This document shows, one piece after another, positions 15,920-25,669 of a DNA stretch of 36,119 nt. Within the stretch, counting starts at the first letter, position 1. Every line of letters starts with the position of its first letter. The notes under the pieces were generated by a model. The model was not told the DNA's origin and searched no databases. It saw only the letters and a list, made by a program, of their open reading frames with translations. The position numbers were made by a program, and so were the translations under genes. The DNA comes from a virus (Duplodnaviria > Caudoviricetes): IMG/VR virus record IMGVR_UViG_3300032257_000061, positions 1 to 36,119 of that record; one strand, given 5' to 3'.

Positions 15920-17664
15920 TACACCGCCACCAATGTCGAGCCATCGCCCAATTCTTCGTTTATGCTATCAATTAAATCCCGTACATTCTCCCTAGAATAG
16001 CCAGAGCCGTTAAGGGTAATAGTCACCTCTCTAGGGGCTGTAGTGCCATCTGTTGGAACGGGAACAGGCACGTTAGGAGAGGGCAAACTAGGCACAGAAG
16101 CACCGCCACCAACAGAAGGAGCGCCACCACCCCCGCCACCAAAAGACTGAGAGCTTATAGAGCTAACCTGAGCCGCGCCCGCAACACCTTGAGCTATGGC
16201 AAGTGGTATATTCCACGGGTAAGGCGTTTTAGCCATTGTTAATGTAACAGCTTCATAGGTGTTAATTAACGCAGAAGCCATCGCCGCTTTTTTACCTATC
16301 TCGAATAACTTTTTAGAGCCTGAGCTTTGAAGGCTTGCCAATACACCTAATGTATTCTTTGTGGTATCCATTTTCATTTTAGAATGGGTACGCTCTGCCG
16401 CTTCTTCATTCAGTCTATGCAATGAGTTGGCTATAGCTATTTGCTCATTATTAGATTTTATTGCCTCTAATTCATTGAATCTATTTTCTGCCGCCGCGCC
16501 TGCCGAAATAGAGTCTGCTATTTGCTGATCTATCAATAATTGCTCATTAATCTCTTGCTGTCTTAATAATGCAAACTCGCTATCACCGCCGCCGCCTGCA
16601 TTTGTAACCGCTTCCGCTAGTGCCGTGCTAGTGCCTTCTATTTCGCCTTTTAGTTCAGATAATACTTTTTTAGACTCTTCTGCGCTTGATGTTAGCCAGC
16701 CCCATAAACCTTGAGCGCCGATTTCCTCTGCTGCTTCCATAGAGCCTTGTTTAACGCTAGAAAATAACCCGCCTATAACAGAAGTAGCCTGAATGCCATA
16801 AGTAACCACTTGAACCAAGCCAGTCCCCATATCTTGCAAGCCGTCTTTTATTGCTGGGTCTTGTAATATTTCTCTAAATTCATTTAATGCGCCGACTAAT
16901 TCCTTATCGTCCAGCGTGCCAAACGTCTGCAAGGCTACGTTTTCTATCTGTGTGAAGGCTTGAGACACTGTTTTTTCTGTTTGGTTGAATGAATCAGATA
17001 CAGCGCCCGCTTGTTTTTGCAATGCTGCAATTACCGCCTCTGCGTTTAACTCACCAGCCGCGCCCATTTCTCTTAGCTGGGCTATTCCTATGCCTAACCC
17101 TTCTGCAATAGCTCTAGCCAGTTCAGGAGTTTGCTCCATTACAGAATTAAGCTCTTCGCCTCGTAACGCGCCAGCCGACAAGCCTTGCCCTAACTGGAAT
17201 AGAGCCGCACTAGCACTAGCAGCACTCGCGCCAGACAAAGCAATAGCTTGGTTGATTGTTTCAGTAACGCCTAAAAGGTCTTGATTAGATAGATTTAAAT
17301 CTTTAGTAGATCGAGCCAAACGACTGTATAAGTCAATCGTACCTTCAAGGCTACCGCGAGACTCTTGAGCCACATCAAACAATTGAGTTTGAACGGCCGC
17401 CAAATCTTCTGCATCTTTTGTGACTAGCTTTAATTGATTAGATAGTGCTGAGTATTTATTTATTTGGCTTATTATTTGCTTGGTAGCAAATCCCAGTCCT
17501 ACACCAGCTATAGCAGATTTAAGGCCACCAAATGACTTGGATAACTTCTTTGTGGATTTCTCAGCGTCTTTCCCGCCTTTCTCTAATCGGTCAAGCTCAG
17601 AAACGGCTTTTTTAATATCCTTCGCTTCTATCTTAATGCCAAGCGTTGCTATATCAGTTGCCAT
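15919..17664 (-). CDS. Tail tape measure protein
   Basis: Tape-measure domain (LYSRLAR...AIALSGA....A..AL.QLGQ.LS.G.LRGEELNSVMEQ.P); Ala/Gly-rich. Confidence 0.93.
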   Translation of the reverse strand: MATDIATLGIKIEAKDIKKAVSELDRLEKGGKDAEKSTKKLSKSFGGLKSAIAGVGLGFATKQIISQINKYSALSNQLKLVTKDAEDLAAVQTQLFDVAQESRGSLEGTIDLYSRLARSTKDLNLSNQDLLGVTETINQAIALSGASAASASAALFQLGQGLSAGALRGEELNSVMEQTPELARAIAEGLGIGIAQLREMGAAGELNAEAVIAALQKQAGAVSDSFNQTEKTVSQAFTQIENVALQTFGTLDDKELVGALNEFREILQDPAIKDGLQDMGTGLVQVVTYGIQATSVIGGLFSSVKQGSMEAAEEIGAQGLWGWLTSSAEESKKVLSELKGEIEGTSTALAEAVTNAGGGGDSEFALLRQQEINEQLLIDQQIADSISAGAAAENRFNELEAIKSNNEQIAIANSLHRLNEEAAERTHSKMKMDTTKNTLGVLASLQSSGSKKLFEIGKKAAMASALINTYEAVTLTMAKTPYPWNIPLAIAQGVAGAAQVSSISSQSFGGGGGGAPSVGGGASVPSLPSPNVPVPVPTDGTTAPREVTITLNGSGYSRENVRDLIDSINEELGDGSTLVAV

Positions 17665-17989
17665 GCTGAACCCTTAAATTATCTATTTTAATCATTAATT
17701 CAACCTCGAAAGGGGTAACGCTGCCTATTAACGATTGATAGGCTAAAAGCTCTTGATAGGTTACTTTTTCACAGCCGTTTTTAATCTCAATATACAAAGA
17801 CCATAAATAGCCCGCATCTTCGTTTAGCTCTGGTTTATTCCTTAATCCATCTGGCTTTATGCCTGATGATTTTAAAACCTGATTCCATTGAGCCAACCTT
17901 GTTATTTTAGCGTCTTTATCGTAGCCGTAAGCATTGAAAGACCACTCAGCAAACGCTAATACTTCATCGGTTAGCTTTTGGTAAAATTT
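17654..17989 (-). CDS. Tail assembly chaperone -1 frameshift extension (gpGT-like)
   Basis: The -1 frame after AAATTTT is open (YQKLTDEVLAFAEWSF...) and continuous with the 17654-17896 ORF. Confidence 0.8.
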   Translation of the reverse strand, partial: KFYQKLTDEVLAFAEWSFNAYGYDKDAKITRLAQWNQVLKSSGIKPDGLRNKPELNEDAGYLWSLYIEIKNGCEKVTYQELLAYQSLIGSVTPFEVELMIKIDNLRVQHGN

Positions 17990-18318
17990 GCACGATTACC
18001 AATAAACCTATCTATCTGGTCTGCAATATATGGCGCAATTTCTAATAGATTAAGTATTGCTTCATAGCTAAACGGGATTTCTTTGCCTTCTGACTCAAGC
18101 CCTCTAAAGCTCAAGCAAACTTTAGCCAAAATCTCATTATCAGATAACTTGTCATCACCAGATTTTCGAGCATTGCCTTTAAGGGTTTCACGCCACAACT
18201 TAGAATCAACACCAACAACGGTAACATAAACATCAGTATCATTACCTAGCTGGTCTTTAATTTGAAGCTCTGAGCCTTCACCATGAATAGTGCAAGTATC
18301 TAGCTCGCTAATATCCAT
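17971..18318 (-). CDS. Tail assembly chaperone (gpG-like)
   Basis: Between tail tube and tape measure; ends in RANF at the slippery site. Confidence 0.8.
   Translation of the reverse strand: MDISELDTCTIHGEGSELQIKDQLGNDTDVYVTVVGVDSKLWRETLKGNARKSGDDKLSDNEILAKVCLSFRGLESEGKEIPFSYEAILNLLEIAPYIADQIDRFIGNRANFTKS
17983..17989 (-). other. -1 ribosomal slippery site A AAT TTT
   Basis: X XXY YYZ heptamer at the end of the chaperone gene (GCA AAT TTT ACC AAA AGC TAA). Confidence 0.8.
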
Positions 18319-19259
18319 TATACTGGGTTCCGTTCAATAACTACCTGAGAATCATCTGTAGCGTCATACAGCGCGATAAATGGCAATGAAATACTGATCT
18401 CACCCTCACCGTCTACGTCAGGTTGACCGCCGTTATATTTAACATTAGGCAATTCGATAGAGAATGAATTTCCAGCAGGGTCGAGCAATACTAGAATAAT
18501 TGAGCTTGCAGTTTCATTAATGAACTTTTCGAGCAATGTTTTAGACTGAAAATAAGTAGTCATTGTGCCAGTTAAGCGAGACTTGCCAATGCTAGGACGG
18601 TCTGTTGTGTCTGAACCAACAGCAAACAAAGGATTAAGGCCGTTTTCAAGGCTAAATTCAATACTTGTTACCGTACCAATAGCACCGCCACCCTCGGTAA
18701 TCGTACCGCTGAATGAGTCCATAGGCTCGACAGTAGTGGCCGCCGGATAAGTAGCCCCTGTAATAATGGCCGTACCGATTGATGTATCTTGACCGATAAC
18801 GCCAAACGTACCCGTAACAATTGCGTCAGGCGCAACAGATAAGCTAAACGTATTAATCTCGCAGCCTGTATAGCGATGCCATTCAGGTACGTCCAAGTCG
18901 CTAAAATAACGCTCTATAGAAAATGATCTGCGAGTAACGCCCGCTTTTAACTGGTCAATGCCCGCGCTAGGCACGCCAATATCCCAAGTGCCACCTAATG
19001 CCGCCTCAATTAATTGGTCAAACGAACCGTATGACATTTTAATTGAAATATCACCAGCAACCGATTTATTGCCGTGTCGAAAGCTTTGTATTTGTCTATC
19101 GTTTCTTAATTCGTCAGACTCAAAAGAAGACTTGCTTAAACCTAAGCTTGTCCCAGTGTGTCTAACGTCCACAAAGGTAGGTGTTGCCGGAGTAGTACCA
19201 TAGGTAACTTCCGCAATAGCACCCATGCTGTGACCTGAACCTGCTGCTGTTGTTGCCAT
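18318..19259 (-). CDS. Major tail (tube) protein
   Basis: E.TYGTTP...SDELR.DRQ...GDIS...RRSFSIE...YTGC; canonical position. Confidence 0.88.
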   Translation of the reverse strand: MATTAAGSGHSMGAIAEVTYGTTPATPTFVDVRHTGTSLGLSKSSFESDELRNDRQIQSFRHGNKSVAGDISIKMSYGSFDQLIEAALGGTWDIGVPSAGIDQLKAGVTRRSFSIERYFSDLDVPEWHRYTGCEINTFSLSVAPDAIVTGTFGVIGQDTSIGTAIITGATYPAATTVEPMDSFSGTITEGGGAIGTVTSIEFSLENGLNPLFAVGSDTTDRPSIGKSRLTGTMTTYFQSKTLLEKFINETASSIILVLLDPAGNSFSIELPNVKYNGGQPDVDGEGEISISLPFIALYDATDDSQVVIERNPV

Positions 19260-19262
19260 TTC

Positions 19263-19679
19263 TTACGCCCTCGCCTCTGTGAAGCTTCTATAAATTATTT
19301 CAACGGATAGCATAAACCAGCCGTCTGCATTTAGTGACCCGCCACGCTGGGCGCTTGTTACCGTTACTATGCGGCTATTATAACTTAATCTAGTGCCGCG
19401 TTTAAAATGATTTGCGATATTATCAGCCATTACTACGGCTGCATTTTTGCCCTTGCCAGCGGGCGCGAATATATCAACTTGATAAATCCCAATAGTTTCA
19501 TCGGTTCCGCTAGTGCCTAGACTAGATTGAACCGTTGCACCTTGTAGGTTAGTAGGCCGTAGATAAAGCGTACCAACGACAGGCTCGTAGGTTGTATTTT
19601 CCCAAGCTACAGGGGGGAGGCTTGCCATCGTGTTTAATTGACCGTCTAAAGCCGCGCTTATGTCAATAAATACGCTCAT
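19263..19679 (-). CDS. Tail terminator-like protein
   Basis: VAWEN...YLR...GIYQVDIFAP.GKG...AD.IA.HF.RG; immediately before the tail tube. Confidence 0.75.
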   Translation of the reverse strand: MSVFIDISAALDGQLNTMASLPPVAWENTTYEPVVGTLYLRPTNLQGATVQSSLGTSGTDETIGIYQVDIFAPAGKGKNAAVVMADNIANHFKRGTRLSYNSRIVTVTSAQRGGSLNADGWFMLSVEIIYRSFTEARA

Positions 19680-20065
19680 CGTTTAGCCTTCTTAGCGTTT
19701 CGCATAACAATATATTTAAACTCGGCTATGGTCACTCGAACCATTCCAGCGGGAGCCTGCTTAGAATGCCCGTTTTCTATCGAATCAGCATAAGGCAAGT
19801 TATTAACCATATAAATAGAATCTACTATTTCAGCTTTTCCAGTTACTCTATTAGCAGTAGACAAGGCTTTCTGTGCTGTGCCTTCTGTGTCACCGCTCGC
19901 CATAGTGTTTAATGTTGCTTGCCAGTTACCACGTAAGCGGCCTGTCCTAACTGGCGTGCGTCTTATTATGCTGCTGAATATCTCTAAGGCTGAACCACGA
20001 AAAACAGCCGTAGCCGCCTTCTGAGCCTTTTCAGTAAACCCTGCTATATCAGAACTAAAGCTCAT
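19676..20065 (-). CDS. HK97 gp10-like tail completion protein (start moved to 20065)
   Basis: TPVRTGRLRGNW...NNLPYA..IE.GHSKQAPAGMVR; ATGA overlap with the upstream gene at MSFSSD. Confidence 0.82.
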   Translation of the reverse strand: MSFSSDIAGFTEKAQKAATAVFRGSALEIFSSIIRRTPVRTGRLRGNWQATLNTMASGDTEGTAQKALSTANRVTGKAEIVDSIYMVNNLPYADSIENGHSKQAPAGMVRVTIAEFKYIVMRNAKKAKR

Positions 20066-20421
20066 TTTCTTAGCTGCAATGTGTAGATAACCACAGTACC
20101 AGCGGGTGAAGTTGTCATTACGTCCATAACTCGATAAGTGTCGGAATCTATTACACAAGTGTCATCTATCAATGGTGCTGTTGTAGTCGCCTCTAAGAGC
20201 AGCTTAATATCACCGCTTTCTATCAGACCATCTTTTAATTCAGCCTTCTTGTAATTGAATACAGCGCCGTTGCCTGTGTATGTAGTCGCAGTACCTAGCG
20301 TTTCTTGACCCAATACAGGGTCGAAGCTGGCTAACGTCTTGCGGGTAAAGGTTATTGATTGGCCTTTATCGGCTAACAGCTTTGATGCCGTAGAAGCCAA
20401 GCCCGTGTAGAACTTACCCAC
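20062..20421 (-). CDS. Head closure/head-tail adaptor
   Basis: Position; DG.I..GD.K.L...Y.LQLR pattern. Confidence 0.7.
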   Translation of the reverse strand: MGKFYTGLASTASKLLADKGQSITFTRKTLASFDPVLGQETLGTATTYTGNGAVFNYKKAELKDGLIESGDIKLLLEATTTAPLIDDTCVIDSDTYRVMDVMTTSPAGTVVIYTLQLRK

Positions 20422-20896
20422 GGATAACTCTTGCAGACATGCCGGATTGATTGCTTAGTAATTTATTTAGCTTTGATTCAGCAGCAGCGAGATAAGTAGC
20501 TATCCTAGAGCCAGCGGAATACTCCACCTCAATTTCTCCGACCTTTTCCCTAACTGTTTCACGGTCAACATTAGCCAGCGGATTAGTGCCGCCATCTATT
20601 CCTATACAGAACTCGCAAAGAGCGTCTATTAAAAGCTGTGGAATAGTGCTTGAAGTAACGCTATAGCTATCAATAACAACATTATCACGCGGCCACTGTA
20701 ATGGCTGTGCGTCTGTAGACTTATAGCCTTGATATAATTGAGACTCTATATAATCCATAGCCTGAATAAGCAATACAGCAGCCGTGCCAGCTAATGTAAC
20801 GCCTCTGTCTGTGGCATAGGTAGATAAATCAGCCTCAGATACATAGCTGTTCGCGCCTGTAACAATCGAGCCTGTTTCTACAACTATAGTTGCCAT
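20414..20896 (-). CDS. Head-tail connector (DnaT-like family)
   Basis: VETG....GANSYVS...L..A.DYIE...G......Q.L.WPR...IP..L..A...EKVGEIEVEY. Confidence 0.78.
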   Translation of the reverse strand: MATIVVETGSIVTGANSYVSEADLSTYATDRGVTLAGTAAVLLIQAMDYIESQLYQGYKSTDAQPLQWPRDNVVIDSYSVTSSTIPQLLIDALCEFCIGIDGGTNPLANVDRETVREKVGEIEVEYSAGSRIATYLAAAESKLNKLLSNQSGMSARVIRG

Positions 20897-21042
20897 TATT
20901 CAGCCTTTTTAGTTTTTGCTGCTTTAGGCTTATCGGCCTTTTCAACAAATAGCTTCTGTTCTTTATGATCGTCTTTATTGATGATAATAAAGCCTTGCTC
21001 ATTATCCGCTTGAATTTTAACTGTTTCACATGTCATCGTCAT
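20896..21042 (-). CDS. Small post-capsid protein (48 aa, not in ORF track)
   Basis: MTMTCETVKIQADNEQGFIIINKDDH...KKAE*; GAGGG RBS; TAATG overlap with the connector. Confidence 0.65.
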   Translation of the reverse strand: MTMTCETVKIQADNEQGFIIINKDDHKEQKLFVEKADKPKAAKTKKAE

Positions 21043-21071
21043 AATTTAACCCTCTGATTAATACCATTGAA

Positions 21072-21097
21072 GCTAACCCCTCGTGAGAAGGATTAGC
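21072..21097 (-). terminator. Hairpin after the major capsid gene (weak terminator or mRNA stabiliser)
   Basis: GCTAATCCTTCTCACGAGGGGTTAGC folds with G-U pairs on the - strand; only a short U tract follows. Confidence 0.4.
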
Positions 21098-21106
21098 GGC
21101 AAGATA

Positions 21107-22252
21107 CTAACCTAACAAAGTTGCAATGTTTTCAGACTTCCAAGCTTTTACGCCCCAAGCTGCCGAAACATTAACCATTGTCTTCTGGAAGCCTTTATAT
21201 ACCGAAATATCAAAGACCAAACCAGAACGGTCATCAACGATCATCATGCTATCAGAAGCAGCATCACCACCCTCAGGCATTGCAGGCGCTCGCATAGCAA
21301 TCTCGAACGCTGAACGCTCAAGAGCGATGTTGCCAGTGTAAGTATCACCGATAGTCATAGCTACAGCAGAAGCCGCAAGAGCTTGACGTAAACCAGTACC
21401 ACCTAAAACGATAGTGCCGGCAGCAGCTACGCCAGTCTCAACGATGTATTTATTAGTATCGCCTGCGAAGGTTACAGTGTCACCAGCTAGAACCGTACCT
21501 GAACCCGTGATAATTGGGATTGACTTAGTGCCGATAGCAAAACCAGTAGTAGCAGACGTGTAAGAAGTGCCCGTGCCCTTAGTATGAGTTGATACTTTAG
21601 CTGATTCGCGTACATTCAAATCAGACAATGGCAATAATATGCCTTGACGTAGAGTTGAATCAGTACCAGCCGCACTAGCATCAGTTAGGTTGGTAAGAGT
21701 ACGAAGATTAGCACCTGCTGTTGAGTTAATGATTAAACTCGCATCAGATACCGCACAGCCGTTATCTACTAAGATTTGGCGCACATGAGCAGGCCCAGCA
21801 AGAGTAGAAGCAAACGGAGTAGTACCAGCCGTACCATAAGCACGAGAAGAAGCTACATAAGCAGCCGCCCAAGCATCGTTTTCAATCTCATTCGTTAGTG
21901 TGCGCATTGCCTGAGCAATTTGATCACCATAGATTGTTTCAAATCCTGAACCGTTGTTAACGCTTAGGATATTTTCACCAGTCCACGGAATCTGTACACC
22001 ACGAGATTTAGTAATTGATAAAGTCTTGCTATCAACCGTTTGATCTGTACCCTGTGGGATAGTCATAGAAGCAGTATTATCTACCGCTGTTGCCGCGTTT
22101 GTGAAGTGCGAGCGAACCGTATCACCTACAGCAGCACGTTCAGAACCACCAGCATTTAAAGTTACAGAAGGAATCACACCTACCTGTTCACGTCCTACTA
22201 CGTCAGCCGCTTTATATAAATCAGCAGCAAGATTTGTTAATACATTAGCCAT
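21107..22252 (-). CDS. Major capsid protein (P22 coat-like)
   Basis: 381 aa after the scaffold; AAVGDTVR, QAMRTL.NEIE, AAWGVKAWK; strong GAGGA RBS. Confidence 0.88.
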   Translation of the reverse strand: MANVLTNLAADLYKAADVVGREQVGVIPSVTLNAGGSERAAVGDTVRSHFTNAATAVDNTASMTIPQGTDQTVDSKTLSITKSRGVQIPWTGENILSVNNGSGFETIYGDQIAQAMRTLTNEIENDAWAAAYVASSRAYGTAGTTPFASTLAGPAHVRQILVDNGCAVSDASLIINSTAGANLRTLTNLTDASAAGTDSTLRQGILLPLSDLNVRESAKVSTHTKGTGTSYTSATTGFAIGTKSIPIITGSGTVLAGDTVTFAGDTNKYIVETGVAAAGTIVLGGTGLRQALAASAVAMTIGDTYTGNIALERSAFEIAMRAPAMPEGGDAASDSMMIVDDRSGLVFDISVYKGFQKTMVNVSAAWGVKAWKSENIATLLG

Positions 22253-22268
22253 TTTTTAATCCTCAAGT

Positions 22269-22967
22269 TTAAATTACTTTTCCGCCATCTAAGGCGAATT
22301 TTTTACGTTCTGATTGCGACAAAGCATCAAAATCACTTCGCGCCATTTCTTTTGCAGCAGCACCGCTACTATTTTTGCCACCTGTAGCACCGCCACCAGA
22401 AGCTTGAGAACCACGAATAAGAGAGGCAAACTTTGCATCATTCTTAAACTCGGCTTTTAAATCATCTAAACTCGACACGGTTAAATCACCGCTTGAGTCT
22501 GTTACCTTTAGCCCATCGTCCGTATATTTAAGACGTTGCGCAATGAATGTAGCCATTATATCAATATTAGCGCCGTCTGCAATGTCTGCGGCTATTTTCA
22601 TGGCTGCGTTGTTTTTCTTCTCGTTAGCTACTTTCCCACTAAGCTCGTTATATTTAGTCTCCCACTCTGTATTTTTTTCAGTAGATGACTTGTATAACTG
22701 CTCATAATCTTTATCTTTTAAGGCTTTCTCATCAGATTTACGTTGTGCTTCTTCTTCTGCATGTCTGCGCTTTTCTGCTTCTGTTTTCTTTTCGCCTAGC
22801 AGCGTCTCGTTATGCTTGCGGAGCCTTTCTATTTCAGATGTTAAAGCTGTTAAGTCATCACCGCCACCGCCACCGCCTGAACCTTCGCCCTCTCCGCTAC
22901 CTTCACCCTCGCCTTCACCTTCTTTACGGTTCAATTTGTATTTTAAAAACTGATTTCTTTTTAACAT
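22269..22967 (-). CDS. Capsid scaffolding protein
   Basis: Coiled coil (LLGEKK), ASGGGATGG C-terminal linker, N-terminal Gly/Glu low-complexity run. Confidence 0.8.
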   Translation of the reverse strand: MLKRNQFLKYKLNRKEGEGEGEGSGEGEGSGGGGGGDDLTALTSEIERLRKHNETLLGEKKTEAEKRRHAEEEAQRKSDEKALKDKDYEQLYKSSTEKNTEWETKYNELSGKVANEKKNNAAMKIAADIADGANIDIMATFIAQRLKYTDDGLKVTDSSGDLTVSSLDDLKAEFKNDAKFASLIRGSQASGGGATGGKNSSGAAAKEMARSDFDALSQSERKKFALDGGKVI

Positions 22968-23003
22968 AGTTATTTACCCACTGGGTTGATGCGCTACTGC
23001 GCG

Positions 23004-24050
23004 TTATAAATTTGCTCTTTCAAACGCTTGAGGCTCTAACGCCCTCAATTCGTCCATATTATAAACTACAGCACGGTTATCTGTGAACTTATCCATAGAT
23101 AGCCCGCCGTTTCTAAATAGCTTGGCACGGTCTTTGCCGTCAGTAAATTGGCTAAAGTACTCATCTTGAAAGCCTTTAGGCTGATTTCTTAGCCATCCAC
23201 TGAAATTCCTATTGGTAACTGGGCCATCCATACTTGCCCTAGCGCCTGATAGCTTGGCAAGTGTGAAAGCAGGGTTAACGTCTGGAATCCTTACACTTCT
23301 ACAATTAAAATGAATTGGTGGATGCGGGCCTTGTCCTACATCGTAAGTCTTACCGTCAAGGCTGGCGCATTCCATAGTTGTATGGCCGTCTAGCGTTGCC
23401 GTGTATATCTCACCGTCTAAAACATCTGAGTTTTCTTTATATACCGCACTCCTAGCTACCGTAGAGGCGTGATTAGCTGCCGTTCTTATCAATGCCTCAG
23501 CTTGTGCTTTTGTGCGCGTGTTAGTCATTTGAGTAACTGTTTTAGCTATCTGGTTAGTCGTCTGTCCTTCCGCTATTCCGACCCTTACAGCGTTTCCAAC
23601 ATCACGAGCCGCTGTGCCTGCAAATTGCGTAAAGGCTTTATTTATTGTCATTGATGCCGTTGTTTTACCACTAGTCAGCGTCATAAGTGAGTCAGTAAGA
23701 CTTGCGGCCAATGCTTCTGCGTTTACCGTGGAGCTACCAGTAATCAGCATGTCATCTAGTAATCTATTGGTAAATCCAGCCTCATAATCAACCAAATCAA
23801 TAAGCTCATCATTTAACGCTGTATTAACATCACCTAATGCCGCACTAATAGCCTGACTAACATCAGCTTGCATAATGGTTAATCGGTTAAATTGAAACTC
23901 TGTTAAATCAGCCTGTAATATCTTAGCCGCTATATCATCTGCAATATCGTCAAGGATAGGCAGCATTCTATTGACTATGCCGCTAGAATATCGCTGCAAA
24001 TAGATTTGATGCCTCGTTAATGTATCGAGCGCGTAAGTATTAGCACTCAT
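23004..24050 (-). CDS. Minor head protein (SPP1 gp7/MuF family)
   Basis: ATLDGHTT.EC.SLDG...PPIHFNCRS. Confidence 0.88.
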   Translation of the reverse strand: MSANTYALDTLTRHQIYLQRYSSGIVNRMLPILDDIADDIAAKILQADLTEFQFNRLTIMQADVSQAISAALGDVNTALNDELIDLVDYEAGFTNRLLDDMLITGSSTVNAEALAASLTDSLMTLTSGKTTASMTINKAFTQFAGTAARDVGNAVRVGIAEGQTTNQIAKTVTQMTNTRTKAQAEALIRTAANHASTVARSAVYKENSDVLDGEIYTATLDGHTTMECASLDGKTYDVGQGPHPPIHFNCRSVRIPDVNPAFTLAKLSGARASMDGPVTNRNFSGWLRNQPKGFQDEYFSQFTDGKDRAKLFRNGGLSMDKFTDNRAVVYNMDELRALEPQAFERANL

Positions 24051-24397
24051 AACAATTGCATAATAAGGATAAGGGCAAGCGCATCATCTTTTTTAATTAT
24101 CTCAATTTCAAAGTCTAAATCTTCTATTTCTATTTCTAGCTCTGATATTCTTTGCTCTATAAAGCTGAAATCAGGCATAGCAATCGAATCAATAACGCTT
24201 ACCTGATTTATTTCTGGTAACTGTGAGTCTACTAATTCAGATAACCGTGCCCGCTCATCCTCTAAGTCTCTACGCCTTAATGCTTGCGCTATCTGTAATG
24301 ATATAACATCACGCTTTGGCTTTGCCGTTCCGCCTGTATCCTTTCTAGTCTTAAAGAATATGAAAAAAGCTGGGCCTTTAATAGTTGAGCTAATCAT
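24047..24397 (-). CDS. Hypothetical protein
   Basis: Coupled within the head operon; ends DDALALILIMQLL. Confidence 0.6.
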   Translation of the reverse strand: MISSTIKGPAFFIFFKTRKDTGGTAKPKRDVISLQIAQALRRRDLEDERARLSELVDSQLPEINQVSVIDSIAMPDFSFIEQRISELEIEIEDLDFEIEIIKKDDALALILIMQLL

Positions 24398-25669
24398 TTA
24401 AATTTCTTCACCCCATTCGATCACAGCATCGACCGTAGCATTGCCAGTATAAGAAACTATTAGAATATCTCCATGAGTTAGATAAAAATCTATCGTATCT
24501 CTTGACGGATTATCCACGAAAGACGATGCATTTGCCTCAACTTTAAATTTAGTAATAAGCACCGCATTTCCAGTAACCATAGCAGTGGCATCAGTATCGA
24601 CCTCAACAAATGAGCCATTGCCAATTGCCGCGAAAGACTCACCTGTGAGAGCGGATAAGTCCCTTGTTTTCCAAATACTAGCTGTAATTCGCGCGGTTGA
24701 ACTTACAGTCACCCTTGCTAGTCGTAAGTCCCTTGTATTCTCTTTAGCATTTATTGTAGGCGGGCAGTAAATTGACGCTATCGGATAGTCTACATTATTC
24801 CCTGTCTGAGTCCCTATAGCAGAGCCGTATTGCTCTCGCTCAAGGTCACCGCCTTCGCTTGATATATCAGCACAACCTACCAGCATAGTAACATTTTCAG
24901 CCGCTTTAACGCACTCAAACCCAATAGAAATAGATGGGTTAGCCATAGAAAGCCCAGTCAACGTGCCTAAGTAGTTAAACGTATGGACAAGCTTTAAATT
25001 TATATAGAACTTGTAGTTACCAACTCCACGCCATTGGAACTGTACATCATAAACATTGCCTTTTTCTACGTCAAAATCTGGAATATCCGATGTATTTATT
25101 AGCTCTTCATCTTCTACGCCATTATTAAGAATTACAGCGTAAAGCAGCCCATCAGATTTAAGTCTAAAAAACACACCGTTGTCTGATGTAAACAACCCCC
25201 ATCGCCTTGTTCCATCTAGCATCTTGTTAGGGCAAATGACAGCAGTTGCGAAGTGATGACCTCTGTTTGGCTGATACCTTGGGTGCCTTCTACTCTCCAC
25301 AGCCGCAGATGTTAGTCCCGCAGTATCAAGGACTAATGCCCCGTTAGTAGACACTGCACCTGTGCTTGTTGAATTAGGAATCTCTGCGCCGTCCTCATAC
25401 ACTAGCCACATGCTAGAAGGCACATCAAAAGTGAACATACCATGAAAAACACTGTGATCTTGGGAAAATTTAGGCGTTCCCCATGCGTCGATAGTTAAGT
25501 CACCAACGCCCTGAACAACAGGCAATGGATGCGCTTTGCTTACCTGAGTAGCAGAGCCAGCATCGCCGTACTCAACCTTGAATAATGGATGATGCTCATT
25601 ACTAATTACGTCAGTAGCAACATCAACCGCTTGTGGGTGTTCGTCAGGCTGTACTTTAATACTACTCAC
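24398..25669 (-). CDS. Beta-rich probable virion structural protein (LamG-like core)
   Basis: RYQP..G, RRWG.F...NG.FF, YDVQFQWRGVG...F; lies between portal and MuF genes. Confidence 0.55.
   Translation of the reverse strand: MSSIKVQPDEHPQAVDVATDVISNEHHPLFKVEYGDAGSATQVSKAHPLPVVQGVGDLTIDAWGTPKFSQDHSVFHGMFTFDVPSSMWLVYEDGAEIPNSTSTGAVSTNGALVLDTAGLTSAAVESRRHPRYQPNRGHHFATAVICPNKMLDGTRRWGLFTSDNGVFFRLKSDGLLYAVILNNGVEDEELINTSDIPDFDVEKGNVYDVQFQWRGVGNYKFYINLKLVHTFNYLGTLTGLSMANPSISIGFECVKAAENVTMLVGCADISSEGGDLEREQYGSAIGTQTGNNVDYPIASIYCPPTINAKENTRDLRLARVTVSSTARITASIWKTRDLSALTGESFAAIGNGSFVEVDTDATAMVTGNAVLITKFKVEANASSFVDNPSRDTIDFYLTHGDILIVSYTGNATVDAVIEWGEEI

Noticed and set aside
20835-21029. 64-aa ORF from the track
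   Set aside because: It overlaps the connector gene; the alternative frame 20896-21042 has an RBS and TAATG coupling.
22860-22925. GC-rich tandem repeats as a regulatory array or CRISPR
   Set aside because: They encode the Gly/Glu/Ser linker of the scaffold protein, and there are no spacers.
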